From Octopus bimaculoides (lineage: Eukaryota), in NCBI RefSeq assembly GCF_001194135.2, contig NC_068988.1, forward strand, positions 82,551,927 through 82,615,926: a stretch of 64,000 nt of DNA, in the 5' to 3' direction. Shown here one piece after another: positions 26,524 to 39,949 of this stretch. Both the position numbers and the translations under genes were made by a program. Positions within the stretch are counted from its first letter, which is position 1. The number at the start of each line of letters is the position of its first letter. The notes beneath the pieces are model-generated. The model was not told the origin of the DNA and did no database searches. It saw nothing but the letters and a program-made list of their open reading frames with translations.

Positions 26524-27106
26524 TTAACTCTTTTGCATTTAAATTGGGCATGTCCAGCCCAAATATTCTACCTACTTTACATTCAAACCAGCCAAATTTG
26601 ACCCCTTACACCTACCATGCAATGTCATTCTGAAAACAATCACATTATTGAAATCTCAAAGGTTATGAGATAGTGCATGATTAATCATCATCATCATCAT
26701 CGTCATCGTCGTTTAACGTCTGCTTTCCATGCTAGCATGGGTTGGACAATTTGACTGAGGACTGGTGAAACCGGATGGCAACACCAGGCTCCAATCCAAT
26801 TTGGCAGAGTTTCTACAGCTGGATGCCCTTCCTAACGCCAACCACTCAGAGAGTGTAGTGGGTGTTTTTACGTGTCACCCGCACGAAAACGGCCACGCTC
26901 GAAATGGTGTCTTTTACGTGCCACCCGCACAAGAGCCAGTCCAGGGGCACTGGCAACGATCTCGCTCGAAAACCCTTTCCTCCCTATATTTTTAATTCTA
27001 CCCATAATAATAATCCTTTCTACTAAAGGCACAAGGCCTGAAATTTGAACAATATAATTAAGTAAGCATTACATTTGAGAGAATAATCCGAATGCTAAAG
27101 GGTTAA
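26524..27106. mobile_element. piggyBac-like MITE (TTAA at both ends) interrupted by the composite retroelement
   Basis: TTAA-ctcttttgcattt at left and aatgctaaaggg-TTAA at right form terminal inverted ends. Confidence 0.55.
26686..27047 (-). mobile_element. 5'-truncated composite retroelement: SINE 3' end + 30-nt linker + RTE-type tail with (GAT)n
   Basis: 26853-27047 matches 58940-59134 over 195 bp with no indel and 7 mismatches, including the same linker. Inserted inside a TTAA-flanked MITE. Confidence 0.75.
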
Positions 27107-27488
27107 GACATAAAATGATATTACACTACTTGTAAGAGAACTTGATCATTTTGCCAAATTACATGCAAAACAAATACAGAAACTATCATATATTCCCTTG
27201 AATAAACTAAATTAGAAAAATAAAAAAAATTACCTTCAACTATTTTTCTAATCATACAGCTCTAGGTTATGTCCCATGATAGAAGCCCTTTGTGTTTGTT
27301 TGCTTTTAGGCCATATTTTCCATGTTAGCATAGGTTAGATGAATATACTACTGAGGCGTTATTTTACCTCCTGATGCTAGCCTTTACATGTTTTCAAAAG
27401 TGGAGAGTCAGCAGATGATTTGTGGACAAAACAAAGAAATGACAATATACTATCACCCAGTGCAAATGTTAACACTCACACATACATC

Positions 27489-27521
<33 letters not shown>

Positions 27522-28140
27522 AGATAAATTCTTTATAAGAATTTATCAAGTAGTCAGCGTGAAAAAAACCTCAATGAAAAAAATAATGAAAAAAAATTTC
27601 GTAATGAAAAAAATTCATCATTTTTTCATAAATATAAATAATTTNNNNNNNNNNNNNNNNNNNNNNNNNNNNNNNNNNNNNNNNNNNNNNNNNNNNNNNN
27701 NNNNNNNNNNNNNNNNNNNNNNNNNNNNNNNNNNNNNNNNNNNNNNNNNNNNNNNNNNNNNNNNNNNNNNNNNNNNNNNNNNNNNNNNNNNNNNNNNNNN
27801 NNNNNNNNNNNNNNNNNNNNNNNNNNNNNNNNNNNNNNNNNNNNNNNNNNNNNNNNNNNNNNNNNNNNNNNNNNNNNNNNNNNNNNNNNNNNNNNNNNNN
27901 NNNNNNNNNNNNNNNNNNNNNNNNNNNNNNNNNNNNNNNNNNNNNNNNNNNNNNNNNNNNNNNNNNNNNNNNNNNNNNNNNNNNNNNNNNNNNNNNNNNN
28001 NNNNNNNNNNNNNNNNNNNNNNNNNNNNNNNNNNNNNNNNNNNNNNNNNNNNNNNNNNNNNNNNNNNNNNNNNNNNNNNNNNNNNNNNNNNNNNNNNNNN
28101 NNNNNNNNNNNNNNNNNNNNNNNNNNNNNNNNNNNNNNNN

Positions 28141-28196
<56 letters not shown>

Positions 28197-28771
28197 AAGA
28201 AAAATTGTAAACAATGATGTGACACTAAATTAGCAATGTTACTGAATAACTACAAGCTGTGGTGTTTCTGCTGTGCAAGACAATCACTTAACACTGGGTG
28301 GGGATCATCAAAAATACAGAGAACCAACTTGCTATGATTCATCAAGATGATATTAAATAATTCTAAAATTCTATATAATAAACATTAAAAGGTGAACATA
28401 TAAAAAAATTAGCTCCTCAACAAAACTGTAACTAGAATCTGGTTAGAGTGGTCTAATTCAACTATGCTTCAGTTTCATCTAAGATTGAACAGAGTAATGA
28501 ATTTGTTTGATGAGTTAGAACAGTTGTTCAACCTAGTAACAAGTATTTTTGCTAAAAGAATTAAAGAAATTTTAATATTTTAGGCAAAGGTAATATGAAA
28601 TACAGTTGATAGTGTCTATTATTTGAAATTCCAAAAATCTGAAATCTTTCAAAACTGGAAATTATTTTCAGTGAGTAAAAAGCAATGAACAGAAAATTCT
28701 AGAAAGTGCTCAGAAAGGAATTTTTCCTGGAAAATGAGAGTGAGCATAAAACAAAACCATAAAAGAGGGAA

Positions 28772-28816
28772 GTGGTGTGTAGCTGTTTTATGTGGTGTGT
28801 AGCTGTTTTATGTGGT
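28772..28816. repeat. Perfect 20-bp tandem duplication
   Basis: gtggtgtgtagctgttttat x2 plus gtggt. Confidence 0.9.
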
Positions 28817-29759
28817 TGACACAATAAAGTAAAATTCTAACATAGATTTGTCTTAATGAAAAGAAAAACTTTTACGCCATAAGGAAGTGGGTGAGAGTAT
28901 AAATTTAAGTACAACTACCTTCACAGTATATGCATAAGCTGCATTAAGAAACGCAAATGGAGGACGTGTTTAGATTAACATCCCTAGCTATCTCACTGTA
29001 TAGATGCAAGTATTTGGAATGTGAAGCATTTGCAGTCCCAAGAAATGTAGACTAAAGGATTAGTCTACATTAGTCATTACCATCATTTAACATCTCATGT
29101 TCAATGCTGACATAGGTTGGATGGTTTTCAGGATCATGCTCTAGTCTATCTTGGCATTGTTTCTACAGTTGGAAGCCCTTCCTAATGCCAACAGCATGTA
29201 CTGGGTTCCTTTTTCATGCCATCAGCACTAGTGAGGTATCCATGCACCTTTTTCGAAACTACAAACCCCAAGAGAGGCAGCTTAGAAAATGAGGAATTAA
29301 AATATGAAAGGGGCCAGAGCAGAAAAATGTTTCTTGCTGTAAAGATGCTACATGGCTACTCACATTTTGGAAGAGATGGTGGTGAGGTAATCAAGATGGA
29401 GTTAGTAAGAAATAAAAATAGTGGTGATGAGGTGCCTGAGTTGACCCTCGATGTATGAGGTGAGAAGTGAGTGAACTATATCAAATCACATTACTACCAG
29501 AATAAATTAAAATGAATACAGAAAAGAATAGCTATCTACAAAGTACTGTCATATATAATTTAAATTCTAACATCCATAAATCAGTTTTCTAAATGTCAGT
29601 ATAGCTACCTAAATAATGTGAATATATTCTTTTCAAAAATATGAATTTTGTGACATTATGCACAAAGAATACATTTTTTTGAACAATGATTGTCTACACA
29701 AAGACTTAATTCTCTTTCCCCAGGTAAGTAACATGAAAACATTTATCTCATTTCAAAAT

Positions 29760-30065
29760 TGGACTATGGTCATGCTGGGGCATTACCTCAATGGGTTTTA
29801 GTCAAACAAATATCCCTAGTACTTATTTCAAGTTTGGTCCTTACTCTATCAATTTCTTTTGCCAAACTGCTAAGTTACAGGGATGTAAACAAACCAACCA
29901 CAGGTTGTCAAGCAGTGGTGGGGAACAGACACAAAGACACAAAGACACACACCAGACTTCTACACAGTTTCTGTCAACAATCACTCACAATTGGTCAGTC
30001 CAAAGTTATAGTAGAAGGCACTTGTTCAAGGTGCTGTGCAGTGATACTGAACCTGAAACCTTCCC
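29760..30065 (-). mobile_element. SINE copy, same family (source of spurious ORFs 29759..30130 and 29791..30204)
   Basis: Reverse-complement core and tail motifs. Further copies near 25640-26090, 34545-34765, 38700-38870, 42330-42570, 49600-49770, 50880-51040, 52470-52810. Confidence 0.65.
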
Positions 30066-31509
30066 ACACAAAAATTATACCATCTGCCCTTCAATCAAGA
30101 AAGAAAGAATCTCATTGTTGCCAGCAGTAGATAATGTTTTCCATTATTCCTTCTCTTCATATCTGTACATGTGTATAATATCTCGACAGACATCCAAAAA
30201 TTAGAGAAAGAAAATTGCTGGTAAAAACCTTTCGATATTATTTCAAAATTATTATACATGGTTATACTCACACTAGTGAAATTCTATTAATTTTGGAAAT
30301 AATAAGGAATATATTAAAATAACTTTGCTGTTAATAAGCTGATGTTCGAAACATAAATTAGCATGAAATTTCAATTTGGATCACTTTAAAGCAGAAAGCT
30401 TGTACCAAGGGCATTTTGGGCGGGTTGGTATCAAAATGATTAAGCACCTATCATATCTGATAGTGTTCTCAGAGTATAAACAGAACCTTTATTATATCCA
30501 TGGGTAGTTATTACATTGTCCATACCGAAGATATTTTCCCACTTGTGATGTCACATATATCGTCTGACTGTCCCAGGGACTGAACTCAAGCCCACTACCT
30601 AAACTACTACACTTGACTCCTAACCAACACCTATATTTACCATCTTCTTGAATTGCAGGAAAATTGGGTTACAGAAATTAGGAGCGTTAAAGCTAACAGG
30701 TTTTTTCTTAAAACTCTTAATTTCTATTATGTAATTAATATAAACATTAAGCATTAAGTGGTTAATGCAATTAGTAACATAGCCGGTGGGTATAAGTTCA
30801 ATTACTGGGTCATATGTGTATATGTGTGTGTGTGTGTGTGTGTCTGTGTGTTTTATTTATTGACATCACTTTACATATTTTGCCTAATTTCTCACCTGCA
30901 TTGCTTAAATGTTATGTATATGTGTGTGTGTGTATATGTATATATAATTATACACACACACACACATGTTGGTTCAAGTGGAATGAGCAAGTAACAACAC
31001 AAGAAGGGGAGAATAATAGAAAATCCCTGGTATGAAAACAAACTAGCTCTGTGAGTTTAATAAAGGGTTTGGTGTGAAATTCCAAGAATGTTACCAAGAG
31101 GCACCTGGACAAGACCAGAGGGTACAATGGCTGATATATTGCAACGATAACAACGAAGACAATACACTAGTCCAAATAAGTGTAATAAAAATAATTATTT
31201 GTCCATCATAGGCAAAATTTATTTCAAAATTATTCTAAACAAGTATTTTTCCAATAATCTATTAAATGCTATGGTGGCCTTACAGATAGGTTTAAATATT
31301 AGAAAGTAGTTTTTTTTTTTTTTATATAAATATATATATATATATATATACAATTGCAATTTAATTTTCCTTCTAATGTTGATGAAAAGAAATCAATATC
31401 CATCTCGTTATCACATAATTCAATGCTATATAAGGAAGCTACTAATTTCATAGAATTGTATGTGTATTAGTTGACAAAACCAAATACATCCACTATTTCA
31501 GAATTTCAA

Positions 31510-31513
<4 letters not shown>

Positions 31514-31540
<27 letters not shown>

Positions 31541-31554
31541 TGCACGCACGCGCG

Positions 31555-31591
<37 letters not shown>

Positions 31592-31645
31592 GCACGCACG
31601 CACGCACGCACACGCACACACACGCACACATGCACACACACACAA
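31514..31645. repeat. Compound (CA)n/(CACG)n microsatellite
   Basis: Direct reading. Confidence 0.9.
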
Positions 31646-33068
31646 AACATGCTGGAAATCATAAAGGGGAATAAGAACAACCTTAGGTAAAATGAATCAA
31701 GGTGTCTATGATAGAATATTTATCAAATGATAAGTTATAAACTGGAAGTTGCCAGCTATTTTAGAGTGACTGAAATTTTTGGTACATATTAATGAAAATA
31801 TTTCATGAAACTAAAACAGGTATAAAAGCTATAATATGAATGCCGACACACATCATTACATAAGATAAAATTAATATTCATGAGAAAATTCTCCTGCAAC
31901 AAATGTTTACATGTTTGATATAATTTTAACAGTTAAACAAAAGAATTTTTTCTTTTTGTTTTAATTAATGATATTCAATATCATTAGCATGCAATTGCTT
32001 TCATTTTTAGTTATTTTCAAGGTTAGACTGCAGTCAATTTTACCGGTATCAGTATATTTATGTTTTGTCGTTAATATGAATATTTAATCAATCTTTATGT
32101 AGGAGTATTACGAGGAAATAAACAGCTTGTTACATAAAACCCAATTATTTTTTCACATATAAAGCTGAATATTTTAATAAGTCAACAAAATTAAATCAAG
32201 AACTAGCAATTAGCTTTGTTTACATTAATTCCTTTAGGTTTTTAGTCCATATAAAAGTTTACTTTCTTTTCAGCAACAATGTCTTCTACATTGAAAACCA
32301 TAGTAGGAATTGATTTTATGCTATTTCAGTGGGATACTTAAATAGAATTTCTGTTTATAAAGATTCATAGCTATGTTAATCAGCTTCAAGCAGGAATTAC
32401 AGCATAACTTATAACACGAAATTAGAAAACATGATAAACTAGAAAAAAAAAAAAAAACAGATACCCATTTTCTCTTTCTTTTTTTTTTTCTTTTTTTTCT
32501 TCTCTGAATTTTAAGTTAATCTTATTCATATCATGTGATGATAATATGAATTTAAATAAAACATTATCTACAAAGTTTTTGGACTGGAAGCTATAAAATA
32601 AAACCATAATTGATGATAATAAATACAGTCAATTTAAATCATAACTACTAGAAGAGATTATTTAAACAAATTTAGAATAATAAAAAATATTAAAACATGT
32701 GTTCTTTATTTCATGTGTGTATGAAGGTCAGTTGCATGAAGTATATTTTTAAGAGGCAAAAATATTTACAGACAAAACAGAAGGAACCATCCAATGATGG
32801 TTGATGTATCTGTCATCCCAATATCAGCAACAGTCATTTGTTTCTATAATAAAAGGTGGTATACCTTTTAGTTATACTAACCTTTTGCTACACATTTTTA
32901 ACAAATATATATATCTATATATATAACAATATAACACTCTTGGTGCAGCTTCACTGAGAAAAATGTCATCAATGATTGGTAGTGACTGTTAATTTTGTTA
33001 ATAACAACATGTAAACACATGAACTGACGGTGGGGTGTGTAGAAAGAAAAAAAAAATAGGGAAATTAC

Positions 33069-33190
33069 CTGAATGATTTAACGATGGCATAAGCAGCAAA
33101 AAGGAAGTTATCAGAAAAGCTTTTATCAACTGTAGCCTTAGTATGCATCGTCCTTGGCCAGGGGAATGTTATATGAGGCTGGGTTTCCAT
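33069..33190 (-). CDS. Candidate alternative coding exon B (40 codons + 2 nt; METQPHITFPWPRTMHTKATVDKSFSDNFLFAAYAIVKSF)
   Basis: ATG at 33190 in strong context (AAC ATG G) with an in-frame TGA upstream at 33254-33256. Unique, non-repeat sequence. Ends at donor AG|GTAATT (GT at 33068-33067), phase 2. Confidence 0.6.
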
Positions 33191-35949
33191 GTTAACTGCT
33201 ACTGTATTATCAATAGTAAACCAACAACTTTGACTGCTGCTGTACAAGACTGTTCAATGAAACAAATCTTTGTACAACAGCCAAATTTTATCGACCATAA
33301 GCAGCTAATATCTACTATACCAGCAAGTTGAGAGTAGAACTCACTTCTTTCCACTATAGGATCAACTAGTAAACAGACACTTGAAATAAAAATCTCGTAG
33401 TGGATTTTAATTTACTTATTTATTTTGTTCGACTGTTGTAATATTAGAGTTTTAAAAATAAGTGACAGTCAGAATATTTAGAGGTGTGGTGGGAGAGGAT
33501 ACACCCACACTATTTTTAAACAAAATCAAATTAATTGAATGATGATAGATGAACATATTCTATTAACATTTTGAATATTGAAGTAAATGTTGTGTTGTCA
33601 ATCTTTTCAATAATCTAGAATTCGTGTTCATATTTTATGAAGTGTATTATGAAGTCATATTAAACAAATAGTGTTGACACTAAACATGACAGGTTCAATT
33701 TCAATCAACAGCTGACTTGCCTAGTAAAAGTAGAATATAAATGTTCAATTTGATCAATGAGTCATCATATATAAGGTCACAAGCTAACACTAGTATAGAC
33801 TGCCAAGTCTGGTTACTACATTCGATTACTTATGCAGCGATAATTTGAAAAAAATATACGTATTGACTGCAGTATATCATATGGAATAAGCACTCGAGAT
33901 GTCATTTCATCAAGAACAAAAATAGTACTTCATGGAAACTGATATTAGCTTTTAAAAATATTTCTCCATATTAAACTTAAATTATAGAAAAACTTAATGT
34001 TAATCAGATAGTCCTTAAAGTGAATCTAATTAGAAAGAAAAGAAAAAAAACTAAGCTGACATCATTCCATCAAAACAAAAATAGTTTTGTTTAGAGCAAG
34101 TGATATGACAGGTGAAGATAGATATGAAATACAATCATAACATGTATAAAACAAAAGAGAGTACATGAAAAATAACTTTACATTCTTAGAAGGTATTACA
34201 TCGTAGAACTGATTATCATTGTTGCTTAAAAAGATTTGATCTGACAATTAACTGCAAACAAAACTATACATCAATGTTCAGGTACTTTCTTGACATGACA
34301 AAGTATTAAATATACAGTTAAAATTAAGTTATTTTAGGATAGTAAACTTTAAAACAGTAGTTTTGGTATTTTATAAACACTTTTTCACTATTGCATATTC
34401 TGCAAAAAATAAAAATTACTTTAATCAAACAGAATCTAATTTTATGCAGTGATTTATTTTTTCCCCTTTTCCTATCCTATCTAGCAAATGACCCCTTTTT
34501 TAGATATCTATCTTTGACCTTTTGTTTCTATATTTGGACTGCAGCCATGCTGGGTCACCATTTTGTAGGGTTGTCAAACAATGGTGGGGAACAAAACACA
34601 CACACACACGACAGGCTTCTTTTAATTTGTCTCTCAAATCTACTCACAAGGCTTTGATCAGCTCAGGGTTATTGAGGAAGGTGCTTATCCAGGGTAATGC
34701 ATAGTGGTACTGAACCAAAGACCACATGGTTGGAAAGCAAGCTTCTTACACCACAAACGTGCCTATTAAAGGCGAAAAACTAGGTAACAAAATTATGTTG
34801 GACCTTGTATGTCGTGTTTTTCTGTTCACTGGTAACACAATGTCCTTCTCATATCTGAATACCGTCAAAGATATTTTTTTTAACGAAAATATGTTTGAAA
34901 TATAAGTATTGTGCATAGTTTAAATATTTAATTTCTAAGAAATATCATGACATTACTAAACACCCAGCATACACAATCCCACAGTGCTCCCTTCTGAGGT
35001 CACAAGGTCACCAAGGAGGTGCTATTACCTACATTAAGAATCATTACTCCAAACAGTATTAAAAATCTGTTTTAATCAGTGCTACTATAGGTGAAAATTC
35101 TCTCAAACTAAGAGGGAAAAAATCTATAATACATACATCAAAAATTTGTTTTAAATCTCGTAACAATTATCTGGAAATATATAACTAACAACCCTGTAGT
35201 TGGAAAGTGCTTGAAAGATTTATATAGTTATAGAATATACAATTTTCTTTTTTTTCCTTTTATCAAAACTGCAACACCATACTGTGGCAAAAATAGAGTT
35301 TATGGATAGGCACTCTTTAAAGTTTATTATTAGGAAAGACAACTGAAGAACATCAAATAAGAGAGAAGACTGAAAAGGGTTAATATGTTGAGAAAGATAC
35401 TCCAAAGGGGTTAAGGTGTTGAATGACACTCCAGACTGTTCTGCTGAACAATGACGTGAGAAATAATAGAAGACAAGCTTTATGAATATGGGAAGATAAT
35501 ATCAAAAACACGATAGTAATTAACTTTCACAGTATCAACACACTTCTATAATACAAAATCACAAAAACTATCCATTTTAAAATTAAATCATTACGTGAAA
35601 GTGTATTCCAATCACCTTAGTTCATTTACAAATCCCTCCAAATTCTTCGTTCACCATCATCATTTAACATCCATGTTCCAAGCTGGCATGGGTTAGATGG
35701 TTTGACAAGTTGCAATGTTTCTGAAGACTGCACTGTGCTCCAGTGTCTACTTTAGCATGGTTTCTACAGTTGGATGATTATTTTTCAATATAATTGAAAC
35801 ATACAGACAGTGTGAATCATTAGAAATATGATCATAAAATAGTTGGCAACAAAACAATACAGAGAAAACTTTCTATCAGGTTCCACATGGATATTAGGTG
35901 TAAGGGATGAACAATTCGTTTGTTAGAATAGTAATGTTGATATATGACA

Positions 35950-36940
35950 GATGACAGTTGCAAAGATGAAGGAACGGAACAGTGATGAGTTTGAAGGTTA
36001 GAGTATCAGGGATCAGTATTAAGCTCACTCCTATTTATACTTACGACAGAAGTGCTGGTTCAAAACATAAAAGGTTTACCATATGAGCTGCTGTATGCTG
36101 ATAATTGGTGTGAATAACCAAAAGTATAGATGAACTTAGGATGAATAGGTCATTGGAATGTTATGACAAAAAAAACAGTAGGAAAATGAATATAGGTAAA
36201 ATGTCAATGATTGAAAGTAGTGATGAGGCAGAAAGACAAAAGTGACTGAAGATGATAAGATGTATGATAAGTGGTAAAAGAAAGTGCTAAAATATATTAT
36301 GGAAAGAACAACGATGTGAATGTGTGAGTTTGCATGAAAGGTGCATGAGTGGACATCATTAAATGCATAACATGTGTTGGATGTTTTCATTAGACATGTA
36401 ATGTGAAAGGGGTATTAATGTGGCAGCTACATTTAAGTATAAAGTGTAAATGGAGGGAGCTGCAGATGATAGGAATACTGAGGTGTATCTTCAAAATGGC
36501 ATGAAGATGGAAGATGCAAAAATATTTTGTTACTTAGTAGAGGGAAGCATGTTGTTACTTAGTGCAAGAAGTGAGTTGTATGCTAAAGAAGTAAAGGATG
36601 TGGATGAAACTGAACAGAAAAATGAATGTTGTATAAGAGAGAAATGCTAAGATTTATGTAAATGAGACATGGACAATCAAAGTGGAGTAACAGAAAAGAG
36701 AATAAGTGAGTAGATAAACAGTGTATCAGTGAGTGAGAGGAATGAAATGGTAAAGAATAAGAAAGAGTCAGTGTTGGATATTGTGAAGAGATACGGGATA
36801 AGGTGGCCAGGTCATTTGATGAGGAAAGATGAAAGTGATGGAAATGAATATGAAAGGATGTAGAGAAAGACATGACCAAGAATTATGAAAGGGAAAATGA
36901 GAGCAAGGAGAGGGAGATATAGAAGAGAAGGGTAAAATGA
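35950..36940 (+). mobile_element. Decayed RTE-clade LINE reverse transcriptase fragment
   Basis: QGSVLSSLLFI and LPYELLYADN (YADD-like motif at 36094-36105), with a later RWPGHLMR-like motif. Many stops. Confidence 0.7.
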
Positions 36941-39116
36941 AGACTGTTATGGAGCCTACAAGATTAAATTCTACTCCAGCAGGGAAAATGGGTCTTTAAA
37001 GCATTTGAATACAGAGGTAGTGAAAACACAGAATGTGATGCAAATAGACAAGACTAAGTTAAACATAAATGAAGAAACAACAAAAGCATTGGCCAATGTA
37101 TGTCACACATAAATGTGATGATACTTGCAATATGAAATATAGACAGTAGTAGATAGCCATAGTAAATCTAGTAACAACTACATTGGATCACTGATGACTA
37201 AGTCTTTATGTAAGGATTCAACTTATCAATATACAGTAGTGGTTTCCCTTGCAAGGTTCTTACACAGAGCTGTTATATCATTGTGTTACATACCTTGGTA
37301 CAAGGTGGACCAACTAGTTAAGTGTATAGGCCATCAATGATAGGACGTATATTGTCGATCTGCTTGGTTCTCCACTTTTAACTCAGCTATTCACATTTGC
37401 TATGGTAGATGTAGACAACAAAAGAAAAGTAAATCATAGGTGAAATAATTAAACCAGATTTACTATCACTGGCCCATAATGAAATAACAGCATTGATCTA
37501 CACTGGTGATGAAGATGTTTAGAATGCTGATTATGGCAAACATGAGAAGGATACAAGATGCTTTGTGTTTTCTGGGCTGGTATCCCATGTTTCTGCTGCT
37601 GGTACTTGAGTAAATTTTACTTGTCAGTCATTTATAGTTCATAAAAGGTAGAAAGCTGATAATATTGAAGTTAATTAAATTACAAGTCTTTACAAAATGT
37701 AGTCTTCTTCCAAGTCAAAAGAATTATTTTATCAGGAAATGAAAGATTACACATTAACAGAATATGTTATATTCCCTAGCTAAGGCTAATATAAAAAAAA
37801 TTCAGTTTCATAATTAAACAGAATTTGAACTAAGATAGTTACCATCAGTATTAAGCAAATTATTTTGATTTTTGATTCTTCAAACAATTTAAAAGGTTTT
37901 TGAATTATTTCAAATGAATTATCTTAAGAGAAAACAAAAACTGATTTTAAAATATTTAATAATGATATTTAATAATTCAATTTGGAAAAGTTATCTAATT
38001 CAATTAAGCTAGTGAGATGACTGACAAAATGGTCAGGAATTATTTTTAAAAAGTGATAATAGATATAGAATTGTTTTCTGTTACTGTTTTTTTAATGTCT
38101 AAGTCAGAGAAAAATCATACCCATGATCCTTTCTAAGACTGGTGGATGCCAAAAAGTTGAACTGGGTGACTGAGTAAGTCTACTATCCAAGGGCAAAAAC
38201 AAAAGGCTTCCACAGGTTCCCAAAGGCAAAGACTTCCACAGTTTCCCAAGGGCAAAAGCACTTAGTTTACCCTGTACCAAATCTTATTCACCAGGCTTTG
38301 GAAGAAGACACACACCTAAGACTGTGTGTGATAGCAGTAAATCAAAACCTACAGTCGAAACAGTATTTTATTTAAAATATCCAACTTCCAGCATTAGAGA
38401 TATTTGCAAAAACATTCCAAATCCTGATAGTAAGGAAATATAGACTAAATTTGGACTTAGCAACCAAAATTTAGAATACTAAAAGAAAATTGGGGTTGGG
38501 TAAATATATTATCAAGGAAAACAGGGACACCTCCATCCCCCAGGAGTTGCATGTTGTTTCTCACTTAGCAAGTCACTCATCATCATTGTCTTTATTTTTG
38601 TTTTTCCTTCGTTGATATGGATTTGATGGGTCAAAATAGTCCAGTCAGTCCATATTTAAACTGGTGGGAAAACATTTCTGCTTGCTGATATGGTTATGGC
38701 TGTGCGAATAAAGAATTCACTTAGCAGTCATGTTGGGTTCAGTCTTACTGCAGCACCTTGGGCCAACCAAAGCGTTGTGAGTAGATTTGGTAGACAGAAA
38801 GTGAAAGAAGTGTAAATATGGATGATGATGGTGGTGTGTGTATGGCTCCTTGTCTTGGTGTTGCACAATAGTTGTAAATGAGTGCCACCATTACATAAGT
38901 GCTATTCGTTTTTAATTTTCCATGAAAAGATATCTGGCCACGGGGAAATATCTTCTTACCTGGAAACAGGTTAATTGGCAACAAGAAGAGTATTCAGTTG
39001 TAGGAAATCTGCCTCAACAAAAGCCATCTGACTCATGCAAGCAAAGAAGACTGGACATTAAAATGATAAGTGTATATATATTCAACATTATAAAGAGAGA
39101 GGATTATATTCATTGT

Positions 39117-39154
<38 letters not shown>

Positions 39155-39169
39155 TGAATGAATGAATGA

Positions 39170-39210
<41 letters not shown>

Positions 39211-39343
39211 CTTGTGTATATATATATTCATATTCATTAAATGCCTTAATTGCAATTGTTTTCTTTATTTTCCTGAGTTTTTTTCCACCACATATTTTAC
39301 TCGTCTGACATCATAGTGTTGTTTGTCTCCTCCCTACTTCATA

Positions 39344-39346
<3 letters not shown>

Positions 39347-39426
<80 letters not shown>
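39347..39426. repeat. (TG)n microsatellite
   Basis: Direct reading. Other (CA/TG)n runs at about 26135-26166, 28141-28192, 51960-51988, 59619-59658, 63108-63154. Confidence 0.95.
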
Positions 39427-39430
<4 letters not shown>

Positions 39431-39720
39431 GATATAAAAATTCTAATTATAGCAGCTAGCATTGCCAAAGACCTTCAGCAGTAAAACAACAACTAACGAC
39501 AGACTTTAGGTATCCTCCCCACTCATACCAGCATGAGAAAACAAACAAGACAGCAATGAATCATTACCAATGATATTTGTTTTGATATAAGACAGGTCGC
39601 GAAGAAGAAATCAGATATGAAGAAAGACCACAATAGATTTGCTTTGTTCCAGAGCAACCTTTTTATTCATTGTTTTGAACAAGAGTTTGTAAAGGCACAA
39701 ATCATTTGAAAACCCGTTCC

Positions 39721-39949
39721 TTAACCTTTTTGTTAGCATATTTATGTTGGATTATATTGTCATTGTTTTAATTGATTTTAAAAATAATGAGGAATTGAGT
39801 AAAATAACTTTGTCATTATTAAGCTGGTGTTAAGAGTAGAAGACAGTCTGAAATTTTAACAAAGTTTTAAATTTCAATTATTTCAAAATAAAAAGTTTAT
39901 ATCATAGAATCAAGTGTGATCTTGAGCAGGTTGGCATCAAAAGGGTTAA
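39721..39949. mobile_element. piggyBac-like MITE, about 225 bp (second family; related copies near 3240-3480, 21900-22130, 22845-23045, 30230-30445, 57950-58110)
   Basis: TTAA-cctttttg...caaaaggg-TTAA. The internal motif (aatttcatgctaatttatgttcc) recurs at the listed sites. Confidence 0.6.

Noticed and set aside
38745-38984. Minus-strand ORF ending at a phase-2-like CA|GTAAGA
   Set aside because: Lies within SINE sequence; the donor-like motif is part of the repeat.
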